Source: Chromatiales bacterium 21-64-14
GTDB lineage: Bacteria; Pseudomonadota; Gammaproteobacteria; 21-64-14
Direction: 5' to 3'
DNA: 64,000 nt
Assembly: GCA_002255365.1 (NCBI GenBank)
Contig: NCBI01000003.1
Location: forward strand, 71,495-135,494
Under the pieces are notes generated by a model, which was given only the letters and a program-made list of their open reading frames with translations, was not told where the DNA came from and did no database searches. Shown here in pieces: positions 1 through 9,525 of this stretch. Within the stretch, counting starts at the first letter, position 1. Each line of letters starts with the position of its first letter. The position numbers were made by a program, and so were the translations under genes.

Positions 1-437
1 TTCAGCTTCTCTGGCGCATCTTCTTGCTGGTTGAGATCGTCGTTGTGTTCGTCTGCGTACAGACTACGGGCGAGCCTCGGCGCATGGTGTGGCTGTCGTA
101 ATTGCAGAGGCGCAAGGGGCTTTCTCAACAGCCTGTTGACACCATCTCCCCCGCGGACAACAGCTCACCCATTCGCGGTCGCGCACTCCGTGCAGCATCG
201 ACTCCCAACACATACCGGCGGGACGACGACGGCCATGGCAGAAACCCCAAGCGTCCCCCAGTGGCAACCGCGCCGCTCGTTGTGGTGACGCGACTCCTGC
301 ACCTCGGTCTCGCGGTGTTCGGCGTCTGGGTGTGACTCATCGGCTCGGGCTGGATCGGGGTAGGTGCGGCCGAGACACAGATCGTGCTTAGCACCAAACC
401 GATACGGCTTAACCATCAATAAAACGGGACGTGCAAG

Positions 438-1100
438 ATGCTTAGAGACATCGCCATCGCCAATATCACCCTGTCCGTCGTGTTGGCCTTTTGGGCCTTA
501 ATCGACGTCAATCGGCGGCCCCCGCCGATGAAGGTCATGCGGTGGGTCTGGCCGCTGACTTTCCTGTGGGGCGGCGTGTTTGCCTTGGCGGTGTATCTAG
601 GGTTCGGACGCGCACCGGTAGGCGGCTCCCATGAGCACGGTGAACATCCGTTCTGGCAAAGCGTGGCGCTCGGAGTTACCCATTGCGGTGCGGGTTGCTC
701 GCTGGCGGACATGCTGGTGGAAGCAGGCATGTTCGTCTTCGGCCTGGGGTTTGTCGTGCTCGGGCATGAGGTGTTCGGCAACTGGATTGTCGACTACGGT
801 TTCGCGCTCGCCTTCGGCGTGATTTTTCAATTTGCTGCCAAAGTGGCGATGTCCGACGATCCTAAACTCAAGATCTGGTGGCAGGCGTTCAAGTCCGACT
901 TCTGGTCGCTTACGTCCTGGCAGATCGGTATGTACGGCTGGATGGCGATCAGTATCTTCGTCCTGTTCGACACCCAGAGCATGAAGCCCGATCACTGGGC
1001 CTTCTGGTTGATGATGCAAGTGGCCATGTTGGCCGGTTTTATTACCGCCTATCCTACCAACTGGGTGTTGATCAGAAAAGGCATCAAGGAACGGATGTAG
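438..1100 (+). CDS. DUF4396-family integral membrane protein
   Basis: 220 aa ORF starting at an ATG. Multiple hydrophobic segments, an HCGAGCSLAD motif and His-rich loops typical of DUF4396 proteins. Good coding-type composition compared with overlapping frames. Confidence 0.65.
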   Translation: MLRDIAIANITLSVVLAFWALIDVNRRPPPMKVMRWVWPLTFLWGGVFALAVYLGFGRAPVGGSHEHGEHPFWQSVALGVTHCGAGCSLADMLVEAGMFVFGLGFVVLGHEVFGNWIVDYGFALAFGVIFQFAAKVAMSDDPKLKIWWQAFKSDFWSLTSWQIGMYGWMAISIFVLFDTQSMKPDHWAFWLMMQVAMLAGFITAYPTNWVLIRKGIKERM

Positions 1101-1204
1101 ATTGCCAGGAGTTCGTGTTCGTATGAGCGCGGCTCAGGCAGGACTAGGCAGCTCGTGATCCTACTGCTAGGTCGCGAAATTCCGCATCGACGCTGACCAG
1201 GTTT

Positions 1205-1222
1205 CCGCCCGTCGCGGGCGGG
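1205..1222 (+). terminator. Possible intrinsic terminator hairpin (ccgcccg-tcgc-gggcggg) about 100 nt downstream of the DUF4396 gene
   Basis: Perfect 7-bp GC stem with a 4-nt loop, followed by cgttcttatt. The T-tract is weak. Confidence 0.25.
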
Positions 1223-1625
1223 CGTTCTTATTACTGGATTCCCGCCATCGGCTCTGTACTCGCGGTGAGTGCTTCTAACCCATCGTGGTGTTCGATGCTT
1301 TTGAATGACTACCATGCAGCGTGCATTTGCAGTAACCGAACGGCTGCAGTTGGCCGGTAGCGGAAGCTAATTGTGATCGACGCATGAGCACGTACGCGCG
1401 CTGACCGGCGTTTCGTTCAGCGATCTCAAGGGTAATACTTGCCGCACGAATGCGGTCAGATCCCTCCATGGCTACAACACGACCTTAGCGAACAGCCAGC
1501 CCGACCAGTCAGCGCTCACCCGCCTAGCGCGCCCCCAAGCCATCGGAAACGCTGAACGCACGACGCCCGATTCCTGGCAATAAATAGGCCCAATCGGTCT
1601 GCTCGACCAAGCGCCGACGCGGATT

Positions 1626-1649
1626 CCGTGTGCAATTTATTGCACACGG
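1626..1649. promoter_or_regulatory. Near-perfect palindromic operator-like site, ccGTGTGCAAT-tt-ATTGCACACgg, next to an AT-rich promoter-like stretch containing TATAAT at 1691-1696
   Basis: Inverted repeat with 9-11 bp arms and a 2-nt centre, read directly from the sequence. It lies about 235 nt upstream of the lipoprotein gene at 1884, in the only AT-rich patch of the first 3 kb. Confidence 0.4.
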
Positions 1650-1883
1650 ATCCGTTTTGTGGCGGGTCGATTAACTATAACATTTTGTTTTATAATGGTT
1701 TACATGGGCGGAATCCAACCACCGACACGGGGATTTTCAGGCCCCTGTCGGACGCCCCACCATTCAGCCCGGGTTCAGTTAGGCCCCGCTATTCTGTGGG
1801 CGAAGGCTGGGAACCCAGGGGTGGAGCAAGGCAGCGCACGACCCCGGACCCGGCGGCTGAAAACGGAAATGAGGAGAATCGCC

Positions 1884-2435
1884 ATGAAGACGCGTGTTGC
1901 AACTCTGAGCCTGGTGGCCGCCGCCCTGGTGGCGGTCCAAGCGTCGCCGGTCCACGCGGATGATGACGGCTACGGCGCTGCGGTCCGCTACGGGTATGCT
2001 AAAGTGATCCGGGTGGAGCCGCAGGTCCGCGTGGTGGATGTCGCCTACCCACAGCGGCGCTGCTGGAACGAGCAGGTCACCCGCTACGAATCCGGCCGCG
2101 GCTACGCGTCCGCCACGCCCACCATCCTGGGTGGTATTGTCGGTGGCGTGCTGGGGCACCAGGTGGGGCGCGGCAACGGACGCACCGTGGGGGCCATTGC
2201 CGGGACGCTGCTGGGCGCCTCGGTGGCGCGGGACATGTACCAGAATGACCGCGAGCCGGTGGCCTATACCGACACGGTACAACGTTGTCAGGTGCGCCAG
2301 GTCTACCGCCAGGAGCAGCAGGTGGACGGCTATCGCGTCATCTACCGCTTCCGGGGAGAAAACTACGTGACCCACATGGACCATGACCCGGGTGAGCGCA
2401 TCCGCGTACAGGTCGCGATAAACCCGGCCGACTGA
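1884..2435 (+). CDS. Glycine-zipper (2TM) outer-membrane lipoprotein, 17 kDa surface antigen family
   Basis: Signal peptide MKTRVATLSLVAAALVAVQA. Glycine-zipper stretch GGIVGGVLGHQVGRGNGRTVGAIAGTLLGA. A GGAG sits 8 nt upstream of the ATG at 1884. The six-frame ORF extends upstream in frame to 1659, but that extension looks non-native. Confidence 0.65.
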   Translation: MKTRVATLSLVAAALVAVQASPVHADDDGYGAAVRYGYAKVIRVEPQVRVVDVAYPQRRCWNEQVTRYESGRGYASATPTILGGIVGGVLGHQVGRGNGRTVGAIAGTLLGASVARDMYQNDREPVAYTDTVQRCQVRQVYRQEQQVDGYRVIYRFRGENYVTHMDHDPGERIRVQVAINPAD

Positions 2436-2466
2436 GCCGCGATTTTACGGAATCGATCCCGCAATC

Positions 2467-2775
2467 ATGAACCGCTCTTTCCGCAACGCGTTGCTGGTGA
2501 CCGCCGTCCTCGTGACGGCCCTCGCCAGCCCCGTCGCGAGCGCGCGTCCCGGCCTTCAATGGTACGCCGAGTCCGTCCCGCAACTGGCGGACGCCGGGGG
2601 CATCAGTCTGGGGCAGGCGGTGTCGCGGGTGCGGCGCGCGACCGGCGGGCGGGTGCTGTCCGCGGAGGTGCGCGAGCGCGACGGCAACGCGGTGTACCGG
2701 ATCAAGATCCTCACCCCGCGCGGGCAGGTGCGGGTGGTGCTGGTGGACCCGCGCACCGGCGAGATCCTCAACTAG
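2467..2775 (+). CDS. PepSY-domain periplasmic protein
   Basis: 102 aa, signal peptide, then the typical PepSY core (LSAEVRERDGNAVYRIKILTPRGQVRVVLVDPRTGEIL). Lies immediately upstream of a two-component pair, a common arrangement. Confidence 0.7.
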   Translation: MNRSFRNALLVTAVLVTALASPVASARPGLQWYAESVPQLADAGGISLGQAVSRVRRATGGRVLSAEVRERDGNAVYRIKILTPRGQVRVVLVDPRTGEILN

Positions 2776-3138
2776 GCGCCGGTCCGGACCGTCATTGCGC
2801 GAGCGCGGCGATGCCAACCGGTGCTCGATTGTTCGCCCACCCCGCCGCGCGCAGCTGACCCGGAACGGCGCCTGGCGCGTCAACGGGATCGGCGGCCACG
2901 CGTTTCCAACCGAATCGGACCGGACGAAGGAGAATAGTCAGGTGGCGCCCAATGATCGACCGGCAAGCCCCCCGCTCACTCCTTGGATCGCGCCACGCAG
3001 GGTCGGCCGCGTTGCGCCGCGGTGGCGCGTGTGCCGCAGACCGATTCCGGAACCCACGGCGGGCGCGTCCGGGCGGGCGCCTAAGGCGCCTGCGCCGCCA
3101 CCGTCCCGCCCCGATCGACGCACGCCAGGTACCGCGGC

Positions 3139-3822
3139 ATGCGCCTGCTGGTAGTCGAAGACGAGACTGCACTGCGTACCCAACTCGTCAGCCGCCTCAA
3201 GGAGGAAGGCTACGCGGTGGACGCGGCCGCGGACGGTGAGGAGGGCCTGTATCTGGGCTCCGAGTATCCCGTCGACGCCGGTATCGTGGATCTCGGCCTG
3301 CCCGGGATCAGCGGCATGGAACTCATCCGCAAGCTGCGCACCGCGGAACGCACCTTTCCCATTTTGATCCTCACCGCCCGCGGGCGCTGGCAGGACAAGG
3401 TGGAAGGCCTGGAGGCCGGCGCCGACGACTACCTGGTCAAACCCTTCGAGATGGAGGAGTTGCTGGCACGGGTCAAGGCGCTGCTGCGGCGCGCCTCCGG
3501 TTGGAGTCAATCGGTGTTGCGCTGCGACCCGGTCACCCTGGACACCGCCTCCCATGAGGTGCGGGTCGCCGGTCAGGCGATCGAACTCACCGCGTTCGAA
3601 TACCGCGTGTTGGAATACCTCATGCTCAACGCCGGGCGCGTGGTCTCCAAGACCGAGCTCACCGAGCATCTCTACGACCAGGACTTCGACCGCGACAGCA
3701 ACGTGATCGAGGTGTTCGTGGGCCGGCTGCGCCGCAAACTGGACCCGGACAACACCCTGCACCCGATCGAGACCCAGCGCGGACGGGGCTACCGCCTGAC
3801 CCTGGAGCGCACCGGGTCGTGA
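3139..3822 (+). CDS. OmpR/PhoB-family response regulator (PhoP/QseB-like)
   Basis: Receiver domain (MRLLVVEDE, D-box, LTAR, KPF) plus a winged-helix C-terminus (GRGYRL). Confidence 0.9.
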   Translation: MRLLVVEDETALRTQLVSRLKEEGYAVDAAADGEEGLYLGSEYPVDAGIVDLGLPGISGMELIRKLRTAERTFPILILTARGRWQDKVEGLEAGADDYLVKPFEMEELLARVKALLRRASGWSQSVLRCDPVTLDTASHEVRVAGQAIELTAFEYRVLEYLMLNAGRVVSKTELTEHLYDQDFDRDSNVIEVFVGRLRRKLDPDNTLHPIETQRGRGYRLTLERTGS

Positions 3823-5183
3823 CCCTCTCGTTGCACAGCCGCCTGCTGGTGGCCGCAAGCCTGGTACTGACCGCATTCCTGGGACTCACTGGGCTGACGC
3901 TGGACCGGGCGTTGCGCGCCAGCGCGGAGGCCGGCGTGCACGACCGGCTCCAGGGTTACGTCTATGCCCTGCTGGCGGCGGCGGACCTGGGCCCGAACGG
4001 CGTGCTGCACCTGCCCGACAGCCTGCCCGAGGCGCGCTTCTCGACCCCCGCCTCCGGCCTGTACGCGGAAGTCGGCGCGAACCGGGGCAACATGCGCTGG
4101 CGTTCACCCTCTGCCCTGGGGCTGGACGCATCGTTTCCGGCCGATCTGCCCGCCGGCGCGTGGCGCTTCCAACAGGTACGCACCCGCGACGGGACCCCGC
4201 TGTTCGCGCTGAGCTTCGGCGTGAGTTGGGAGGGCAGCAGCAACGCCGCGCGCAGTTACACCTTCACGGTCGCCGAGGACCTGGGCGGCTTCAACGCCCA
4301 GGTGAGCCGGTTCCGCCGCAGCCTGTGGGGCTGGCTCGCGGCGGCGGCGGCGGTCCTGCTGGCGGTCCAGGGCACCATCCTGCGCTGGAGCCTCAGTCCC
4401 CTGCGCCGCGTGGCGCTGGACCTGACCGCGATGGAGAGCGGCCTCCGGAACCGCCTGGAAGGGGACTATCCGCGCGAACTGCGCGGTCTCACCGAAAACC
4501 TCAACTCCCTGATCCACAGCGAGCGCGCGCAACGCGCGCGCTACCGGGACGCCCTCGCGGATCTGGCCCACAGCCTCAAGACGCCGCTCGCGGTGCTGCG
4601 CGGCAGCCTCGGCGCAAGCGCCACCGCGGAGGAGTTGCGCAACACGATGCAGGAGCAGCTCGGGCGCATGAATCAGATCGTGGACTATCAACTGCAACGC
4701 GCCTCCGCCTCCGGGCACAGCACCCTGGTGGCACCCGTATCGGTCGCGCAGGCGGCGGAACGGGTGGCGGCGACGCTCTCCAAGGTATACCGGGACAAGG
4801 GCGTGATCTGTTCCCTGAAGGTGGAGGACGGGGCCTGCTTCTACGGCGACGAGGGGGATCTTCTGGAGCTGCTGGGCAACCTGGCGGACAACGCCTTCAA
4901 GTGGAGCCGTGGCCGGGTGGAGATCCGCGCCACCGCGCTGCGCGAGCCGCCCGCGGCGCGCGCGGGCCTGCGCCTGGCGATCGACGACGACGGGCCCGGT
5001 ATCCCCGAAGACCAGGCGGAACGGGTATTGGAACGCGGTGCCCGCGCCGGCGCCGGAACCGAGGGTCAGGGGATCGGCCTAGCGGTGGTGCGCGACATCG
5101 TGCAGGCCTATCGCGGCACCCTCACGATCCGGCGCGGTCCCCTCGGCGGCGCCCAGGTGGAGGTACGTCTGCCCGCGGCCTGA
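3819..5183 (+). CDS. Sensor histidine kinase (PhoQ/QseC-like), translationally coupled to the regulator
   Basis: GTG start overlaps the regulator stop as GTGA. Two TM segments flank a periplasmic loop. H-box HSLKTPLAVLRG. N, G1 and G2 boxes are present (NLADNAFKW, DDDGPGIPE, GQGIGLAVV). Confidence 0.85.
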   Translation: MTLSLHSRLLVAASLVLTAFLGLTGLTLDRALRASAEAGVHDRLQGYVYALLAAADLGPNGVLHLPDSLPEARFSTPASGLYAEVGANRGNMRWRSPSALGLDASFPADLPAGAWRFQQVRTRDGTPLFALSFGVSWEGSSNAARSYTFTVAEDLGGFNAQVSRFRRSLWGWLAAAAAVLLAVQGTILRWSLSPLRRVALDLTAMESGLRNRLEGDYPRELRGLTENLNSLIHSERAQRARYRDALADLAHSLKTPLAVLRGSLGASATAEELRNTMQEQLGRMNQIVDYQLQRASASGHSTLVAPVSVAQAAERVAATLSKVYRDKGVICSLKVEDGACFYGDEGDLLELLGNLADNAFKWSRGRVEIRATALREPPAARAGLRLAIDDDGPGIPEDQAERVLERGARAGAGTEGQGIGLAVVRDIVQAYRGTLTIRRGPLGGAQVEVRLPAA

Positions 5184-5192
5184 CGCGCGCGA

Positions 5193-5768
5193 TCAGTTCG
5201 GGCGTTCCGGCCCGGTGTCGTCGGCCGCCGCCCGTTGCTCCTGCATGCTCTCGAAGAACTCCAGGGCCTTGTTCACCGCGAACAGCGGCGCCTCCACCAT
5301 GCTCACCGGCTCGGTGTGGGCACGCCCGTCGGTATAGTACTTGCGGAATGCCAGCACGTGCAGCGCCACTTCGCGGCGGAACAGCTTGTTCTTGAGGAAA
5401 AAGTATTCCGCCAGTGCGATCACGCTGTAGGCCTTGCGCTGCGCGGCGCCCGGCTCCGGACCCTGGGTATGGATCAGCGGCCATTCACCCTCCGGCCGTG
5501 CCACCTCGACGCGGTAGACCTCGCCATCCAGGGCGGGCGCGGTCGTCACCGTCAGGTCCGGGTGGAGACGATGCAAGCCCGCCTGCTCGATCTTGCGCAT
5601 GGGCAGGAACGCCTTGCTGGCCATCTGCACCGCCCAACCGTCCAGGCTCTCGCGCAGATCCATCGCAACCGCGCTGTCTCCGAGTTCGTAGAGGGTCTTG
5701 GCATAGTAGAGATCCCAGACCCAGACCTGCTCGAATTCCGCGAGCTCGTCCTGCTCGGTGACCGACAC
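5193..5768 (-). CDS. Hypothetical protein (about 191 aa), function unknown
   Basis: The C-terminal 190 aa of the 311-aa ORF have normal composition (LAEFEQVWVWDLYYAKTLYELG...FFESMQEQRAAADD). The N-terminal 120 aa are R/P/A-rich junk. A GTG with AGGAG 10 nt upstream at 5768 is a plausible start. Start is uncertain. Confidence 0.45.
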   Translation of the reverse strand: MSVTEQDELAEFEQVWVWDLYYAKTLYELGDSAVAMDLRESLDGWAVQMASKAFLPMRKIEQAGLHRLHPDLTVTTAPALDGEVYRVEVARPEGEWPLIHTQGPEPGAAQRKAYSVIALAEYFFLKNKLFRREVALHVLAFRKYYTDGRAHTEPVSMVEAPLFAVNKALEFFESMQEQRAAADDTGPERPN

Positions 5769-6027
5769 GACTTCCGGCTCCTGAGCCTGCCGGGAAAACC
5801 CGATCGAGAACACCGTCACGGAGGACGCTCCCGTGCCATTGGAGAAGACGCCCGGTCGATGGCGTCGGGTGGATGCGGACGCCCAGCTTACCGCCGCGGC
5901 CGGCGGGCGGCAACCGTGCGCCGCAGGGTGCGCTTGCCGCGGGGATCGCGGCGCAGATGCCCAGCCCCGTGGGGCCGCGCCAGAGTGAGCAGCGGGCCCT
6001 GCGCGCTGCGGCGGGTTCGCCGTTCCT

Positions 6028-7107
6028 TCAGAACAGGGCCAGTTGATCCCCCGGGCCCACGGGGATCTGAAATTTCGAGGTATCCAGCACCGGCTCGCGG
6101 GCGTTGAGCCCGAGACGGGCACACGCAAGCTCGAAGCGGCGCCGGATCAATCCCGCGTACTCCCCCACCCCGCTCATCCGGATGCCGAAGCGCGGATCGT
6201 AGGTCCGCCCGCCCCGGGTGTCGCGCACCCGGCTCATTACGCGCTGCGCCTTCAGGGGTTCGTGCTGTTCCAGCCACTCCTCAAACAACGCCTTCACCTC
6301 CAGCGGCAGGCGCAGCAACACGTAGCCCGCACGGCGCGCGCCCGCCGCCGCGCACGCCTCCAGCACCGCTTCCAGTTCCGCGTCGGTGAGCATCGGGATC
6401 ACCGGCGCCACCAGCACCCCGGCGGGGATACCGGCGGCATTCAACCGGCGCAGCGTCTCCACCCGGCGCTGGGGCGCGGCCGCGCGCGGTTCCAGGCGCC
6501 GCGCCAGGTTCCGGTCCAGGGTGGTCACCGACACCATCACCTCCGCCAGCCCGTCACGCGCCAAGTCCGCCAACAGGTCCAGATCGCGTTCCACCCGCGA
6601 GGACTTGGTGACGATACTCACCGGGTGACGGTGCTCGCGCAGCACCTCCAGGATCTGGCGTGTCACCTGCCAATGGCGCTCGATCGGCTGGTAGGGATCG
6701 GTATTGGTCCCCATGGCGATGGGGCGGCAGACATAGCCGGGCCGGCGCAGTTCCGCGCGCAGCAGCTCCGCGGCCTGCGGCTTGACCAGCAACCGGCTTT
6801 CGAAATCCAATCCCGGCGACAGGCCCAGATAGGCGTGGGTGGGGCGCGCGAAACAATACACGCAGCCATGCTCGCAACCCCGGTAGGGATTGATGGACTG
6901 CTCGAAGGGCACGTCCGGCGAATCGTTCCGGCTGAGGATGGTGCGGGTGGCATCCACCGCCACCCGGGTCACCAACGGGGGCGGCTCCGGATCCTGCGGC
7001 TCCCAGCCGTCGTCCACCGCCACGCTGCGCGTCGCATCGTAGCGGCAAGGCGGGTTGCCAATGGCGCCGCGGCCCTTGCGGGCGCGCGGGGAGCGGGCAA
7101 GATCCAT
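6028..7107 (-). CDS. Radical SAM protein, PA0069 family (SplB-like)
   Basis: CEHGCVYC 4Fe-4S/SAM motif near the N-terminus. The 359-aa length and overall layout match the PA0069 family. Confidence 0.8.
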   Translation of the reverse strand: MDLARSPRARKGRGAIGNPPCRYDATRSVAVDDGWEPQDPEPPPLVTRVAVDATRTILSRNDSPDVPFEQSINPYRGCEHGCVYCFARPTHAYLGLSPGLDFESRLLVKPQAAELLRAELRRPGYVCRPIAMGTNTDPYQPIERHWQVTRQILEVLREHRHPVSIVTKSSRVERDLDLLADLARDGLAEVMVSVTTLDRNLARRLEPRAAAPQRRVETLRRLNAAGIPAGVLVAPVIPMLTDAELEAVLEACAAAGARRAGYVLLRLPLEVKALFEEWLEQHEPLKAQRVMSRVRDTRGGRTYDPRFGIRMSGVGEYAGLIRRRFELACARLGLNAREPVLDTSKFQIPVGPGDQLALF

Positions 7108-7205
7108 GGCGGTTCCGGTTCCAGATTACGCCCATCACACCACGACCGTACGTACGCCGCAAGCCCCACCCGCGACCACCACGGGCGCGCGGTGTCAATC
7201 GCCGG

Positions 7206-9449
7206 TCACACCTTGCGGTGCACTTCCAGGACGTTGCGCAGCTGGCCGATACGGCCGAGGGCGCGGCTGAGTTGGGCCATATCGGAGATCTCCAGGGTCA
7301 GGTCCATGCGCGCGTGGCGATCCGCGGCGCTGGTGCGGGTATTGGCCGCGAGCACGTTGATGTTCTCACCGGCGAGAATCGTGGTGATATCGCGCAGCAA
7401 CCCGGAACGGTCGTGGGCATCCAGCGCGACCTCCACCGTATAACGGGCACCCGCGCGCGCGCCCCAGTCCACCTCGATCAGCCGCTCGCGCTTCTCCTCG
7501 GGCATGCGCAGGATGTTGGGACAGTCGCGGCGGTGGATCGTGACACCGCGGCCGCGGGTGATGAAACCGATGATCTCGTCCCCGGGCACCGCCTGGCAGC
7601 AGCGTGCCATGTAGGTCAGCAGATTGCCCACGCCCTCGATGGTCACCGCGCCCGCCTCCTGAGGCGCGGGAGGCTTGCGGATCTCCGGGCCCGGCAGCGG
7701 CGGCGCGGGAGGCGCGAGCAGGCCGTGAGCGGCAGCGGCGATCTGCGCGGTGTTGAGATCGCCGCCTCCCACCGCGGCCAGGAAGTCCTCCGCCGCGCTG
7801 AACCGGAACTGCTGCGCGAGTTTCTCCAGACTGACATCGGACAGGCCGGTGCGGTGCAGTTCCCGGTCCACCAGGCTCCGGCCCGCGGTGATGTTCTTGT
7901 CGCGGTCCTGCTGTTTGAACCAGTGGCGCACCTTGGCGAGCGCGCGCGAGGTCTTGAGATAGCCCAGATGCGGGTTGAGCCAATCGCGGCTCGGGCCGCC
8001 CTGGCGGGTGGTGAGGACCTCCACCTGTTCACCGCTCTTCAGTTCGTAGGTCAGGGGCACGATGCGCCCGTTCACTTTGGCCCCGCGGCAGCGGTGGCCC
8101 ACGTCGGTGTGGATGTGATAGGCGAAATCCAGGGGCGTGGCGCCGTTCGCCAGCGACACGACCTTGCCCTGAGGTGTCAGCACATAGACCCGGTCCTCAA
8201 AGATCTCCGACTTGAAGCGGTCGATGAAATCCCCCGCCTCCGGATTTTCCTCCTTCCATTCGAAGAGCTGGCGCAGCCAGGCAATACGCCGCGCCATGGC
8301 GTCGTCCGGCGCCACCCCCTCCTTGTAGGTCCAATGCGCCGCGATGCCGAGTTCGGACTGCTGATGCATCTCGTGGGTGCGGATCTGAACCTCCAGCACC
8401 TTGCCTTCCGGGCCCACCACCGCGGTGTGCAGGGAACGGTACTGGTTCTCCTTGGGGTTCGCGATGTAGTCGTCGAATTCCCGGGAGATGTGGTGCCACA
8501 GGCCGTGCACCACCCCCAAGGCCGCGTAGCAATCGGCCACCTCGTCCACCAGGACGCGGATCGCCCGCACGTCGAAGATCTGCTGGAAGTCGACGCGCTT
8601 GCGCTGCATCTTGCGCCAGATGCTGTAGATGTGTTTCGGTCGTCCGCTGACCTGCGCCGCAACCCCGGCCCGCGCAAGCGCCTTGCCGATGCGTTCTACC
8701 TGGCGCTCGATATAGCGCTCGCGGTCGGCGCGGCTCTCGTCCAGCAGGCGCGCGACCTCGCGGTAGGTATCCGGCTCCAGGTAGCGAAACGCCAGATCCT
8801 CCAATTCCCACTTGAGTTGCCAGATCCCGAGCCGGTTGGCAAGCGGTGCGTAGATGTCCAGGGTCTCGCGCGCGATGCGCTGCTGGCGCTCCGCAGACAG
8901 ATGCTGCAGGGTGCGCATGTTGTGCAACCGGTCGGCGAGCTTGATGAGGACCACCCGCACATCCGCAGCCATGGCGAGCAGCATCTTGCGCAGGCTCTCG
9001 GCCTGATCGCGCTCGCGCCGGCCCTTCTCCCGTATACCGTGGACCTCCCGAATGACCGCCATCTTGGTGACCCCGTCCACCAGACGTGCCACGGACGGCC
9101 CGAACTCGTGCTCCAGCGTCTCCACGGTGAGAGGGGTGTCCTCCAGCACGTCGTGCAGGATCGCCGCCGCGATGGTATCCGGATCCATGTGCAGCGCGGC
9201 GAGGATCTCCGCTACCGCCATCGAATGGCGCACGTAGGGCTCGCCGGAGGCGCGCACCTGGCCGCCGTGGGCCGGCGCCGCGCGCGCCAGGGCGCGGCGG
9301 ATCAGTTGTGCCTGATCCGCCGTCATTCCCGCTGTCACCGCGGCCAGCCAGGCCTCGGGGAGCGCGGGTTCCGGTGCCGGGGTGACCGGCGTGTCGGCGG
9401 CGTTCTCCATGTACGAATTAGCATACCCCGGCCCCTGTCCGGGCACCAT
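7206..9449 (-). CDS. spoT: Bifunctional (p)ppGpp synthetase/hydrolase, RelA/SpoT family
   Basis: HD domain (HDVLEDT), synthetase domain, TGS and ACT C-terminal regions are recognisable across about 750 aa. The start is ambiguous (ATG at 9449 or 9410; the ORF extends to 9506). Confidence 0.85.
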   Translation of the reverse strand: MVPGQGPGYANSYMENAADTPVTPAPEPALPEAWLAAVTAGMTADQAQLIRRALARAAPAHGGQVRASGEPYVRHSMAVAEILAALHMDPDTIAAAILHDVLEDTPLTVETLEHEFGPSVARLVDGVTKMAVIREVHGIREKGRRERDQAESLRKMLLAMAADVRVVLIKLADRLHNMRTLQHLSAERQQRIARETLDIYAPLANRLGIWQLKWELEDLAFRYLEPDTYREVARLLDESRADRERYIERQVERIGKALARAGVAAQVSGRPKHIYSIWRKMQRKRVDFQQIFDVRAIRVLVDEVADCYAALGVVHGLWHHISREFDDYIANPKENQYRSLHTAVVGPEGKVLEVQIRTHEMHQQSELGIAAHWTYKEGVAPDDAMARRIAWLRQLFEWKEENPEAGDFIDRFKSEIFEDRVYVLTPQGKVVSLANGATPLDFAYHIHTDVGHRCRGAKVNGRIVPLTYELKSGEQVEVLTTRQGGPSRDWLNPHLGYLKTSRALAKVRHWFKQQDRDKNITAGRSLVDRELHRTGLSDVSLEKLAQQFRFSAAEDFLAAVGGGDLNTAQIAAAAHGLLAPPAPPLPGPEIRKPPAPQEAGAVTIEGVGNLLTYMARCCQAVPGDEIIGFITRGRGVTIHRRDCPNILRMPEEKRERLIEVDWGARAGARYTVEVALDAHDRSGLLRDITTILAGENINVLAANTRTSAADRHARMDLTLEISDMAQLSRALGRIGQLRNVLEVHRKV

Positions 9450-9525
9450 GACGGACCCGGCTTGACGGGCATCCGCGCGGATCCTATCGTCAGGCCGGCC
9501 AATCACGCATCAAGGACCCGCAGTC

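Noticed and set aside
31-420. Short overlapping ORFs at the left edge
   Set aside because: Mutually overlapping in several frames, all with biased composition. No RBS or start context. Probably the non-coding or truncated end of the window.
4160-5395. 411-aa plus-strand ORF overlapping the histidine kinase
   Set aside because: Alternative frame of the kinase gene. Poly-R/G/P/A translation with no domain signatures.
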